Assembly: GCA_965279525.1 (NCBI GenBank)
Contig: CBDIIB010000005.1
Location: 256,001 to 320,000 of the forward strand
Source: Tagaea sp.
Lineage (GTDB): Bacteria > Pseudomonadota > Alphaproteobacteria > CACIAM-22H2
Direction: 5' to 3'
DNA: 64,000 nucleotides
The stretch's first letter is position 1. Each line of letters starts with the position of its first letter. The translations under genes and the position numbers were made by a program. Positions 63,068-64,000 of this stretch are shown here, in pieces. The notes under the pieces were generated by a model that did not search any database, had not been told where the DNA came from, and saw only the letters and a list, made by a program, of their open reading frames with translations.

Positions 63068-63981
63068 GCCAAGCCCCCTACCCGCGCGACATGATCGGCT
63101 ATGGCCGCAAGCGCCCCGATCCGAAATGGCCGAACAAGGCGCGCCTCGCGCTCAATTTCGTCCTCAACTACGAGGAAGGGTCCGAGTACTCGTTTCCCGA
63201 CGGCGACGGCGCTTCGGAAACGCAGCTTCTCGAAGCCACGCCGTCGATGCCGCCGGGTACGCGCGATCTCAACGCGGAATCGATCTACGAATTCGGCAGT
63301 CGCGTGGGCGTGTGGCGGCTGATCGGCCTGCTCCGGGAATACGAGATGCCGGCAACCGTGTTCGGCTGCGCGCTGGCGCTCGAACGCAACCCGCAGGTCG
63401 TCACGGCGATCCGCGAGGCCGGATACGACGTGTGCAGTCATGGCTGGCGGTGGATCAAGCACTGGCTGCTGAAGCCCGACGAGGAAAGAGAGCATATCGC
63501 ACGCGCCGTCGCCTCGCTGGCACGCAGCTTCGGCGAGCGGCCGCTCGGCTGGTATTGCCGCACCGGCCCGAGCGTGGAGACACGCAAGCTGCTCGTCGAG
63601 GAAGGCGGCTTCCTCTACGACAGCGACTCCTACGCCGACGAGCTTCCCTACTGGGACACGCGCCATGGCCGGCCGCATCTGGTGATCCCGTACTCGGTCG
63701 ACAGCAACGACACGAAATTCGCCAACCCGGCCGGCTTCGGGAACGGCGAGGAATTCTACTCGTATCTGAAAGACAGCTTCGACTGCCTCTATCGCGAAGG
63801 TGCGAAGCAACCTGGGATGATGTCGGTCGGCCTGCATATGCGCCTTGCCGGCCGGCCGGGCCGCGCCGAAGCGTTCCGCCGCTTCCTCAACTATGTGCGC
63901 AGGCATGACGGCGTTTGGATCTGCCGCCGCATCGACATCGCCCGACACTGGATCGCGACACACCCCTGCTCCGCTTCCTGA
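63064..63981 (+). CDS. PuuE-type allantoinase / polysaccharide deacetylase family protein
   Basis: YPRDMIGYG, VLNYEEG, ESIYEFGSRVG, HGWRW, YDSDSYADELPYW and MMSVGLH..LAGRPGR motifs. Confidence 0.9.
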   Translation: MSQAPYPRDMIGYGRKRPDPKWPNKARLALNFVLNYEEGSEYSFPDGDGASETQLLEATPSMPPGTRDLNAESIYEFGSRVGVWRLIGLLREYEMPATVFGCALALERNPQVVTAIREAGYDVCSHGWRWIKHWLLKPDEEREHIARAVASLARSFGERPLGWYCRTGPSVETRKLLVEEGGFLYDSDSYADELPYWDTRHGRPHLVIPYSVDSNDTKFANPAGFGNGEEFYSYLKDSFDCLYREGAKQPGMMSVGLHMRLAGRPGRAEAFRRFLNYVRRHDGVWICRRIDIARHWIATHPCSAS

Positions 63982-63991
63982 CGAGGACGCC

Positions 63992-64000
63992 ATGACCGAA
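63992..64000 (+). CDS. Start of next gene (truncated by window edge)
   Basis: GAGGA RBS followed by ATG ACC GAA. Confidence 0.4.

Overview
High-GC alphaproteobacterial chromosome segment, Rhodospirillales-like by gene content and order (inference). Most of it is housekeeping or metabolic: a TRAP/deacetylase/racemase cluster, several orphan sensor kinases, a phaB-phaA-phaC-like/phaR PHA cluster, gapR, glycerate kinase-pyk, dps, an aatA-panE operon, uvrB-MFS-SDR-folB, uvrC-pgsA-mobB-moeA-moaD-moaE, ilvE, marR-ompR-envZ-like genes, prfC, cspA, hutI-hutU and a sigma54-type catabolic operon. I recognised no rRNA, tRNA, IS element or CRISPR array. Four items stand out. (1) An accessory two-gene insert between pyk and dps has a perfect alphaproteobacterial LexA box over its promoter, an RBS-occluding hairpin, a peptidoglycan-binding-domain protein with a divergent toxin-like C-terminus and a tightly linked immunity-like gene; this is a candidate SOS-inducible polymorphic toxin/bacteriocin system. 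(2) The folB-uvrC intergenic region carries three DnaA boxes in a DARS-like geometry, a consensus IHF site and five GANTC sites. (3) A CtrA-like box precedes a structured sRNA candidate upstream of prfC. (4) A small PhaE-like ORF overlaps a PhaC-like gene by 230 nt. Four apparent +1 frameshifts between 25.3 and 26.9 kb may be sequencing errors. All product calls come from motif recognition by eye; no database searches were run.
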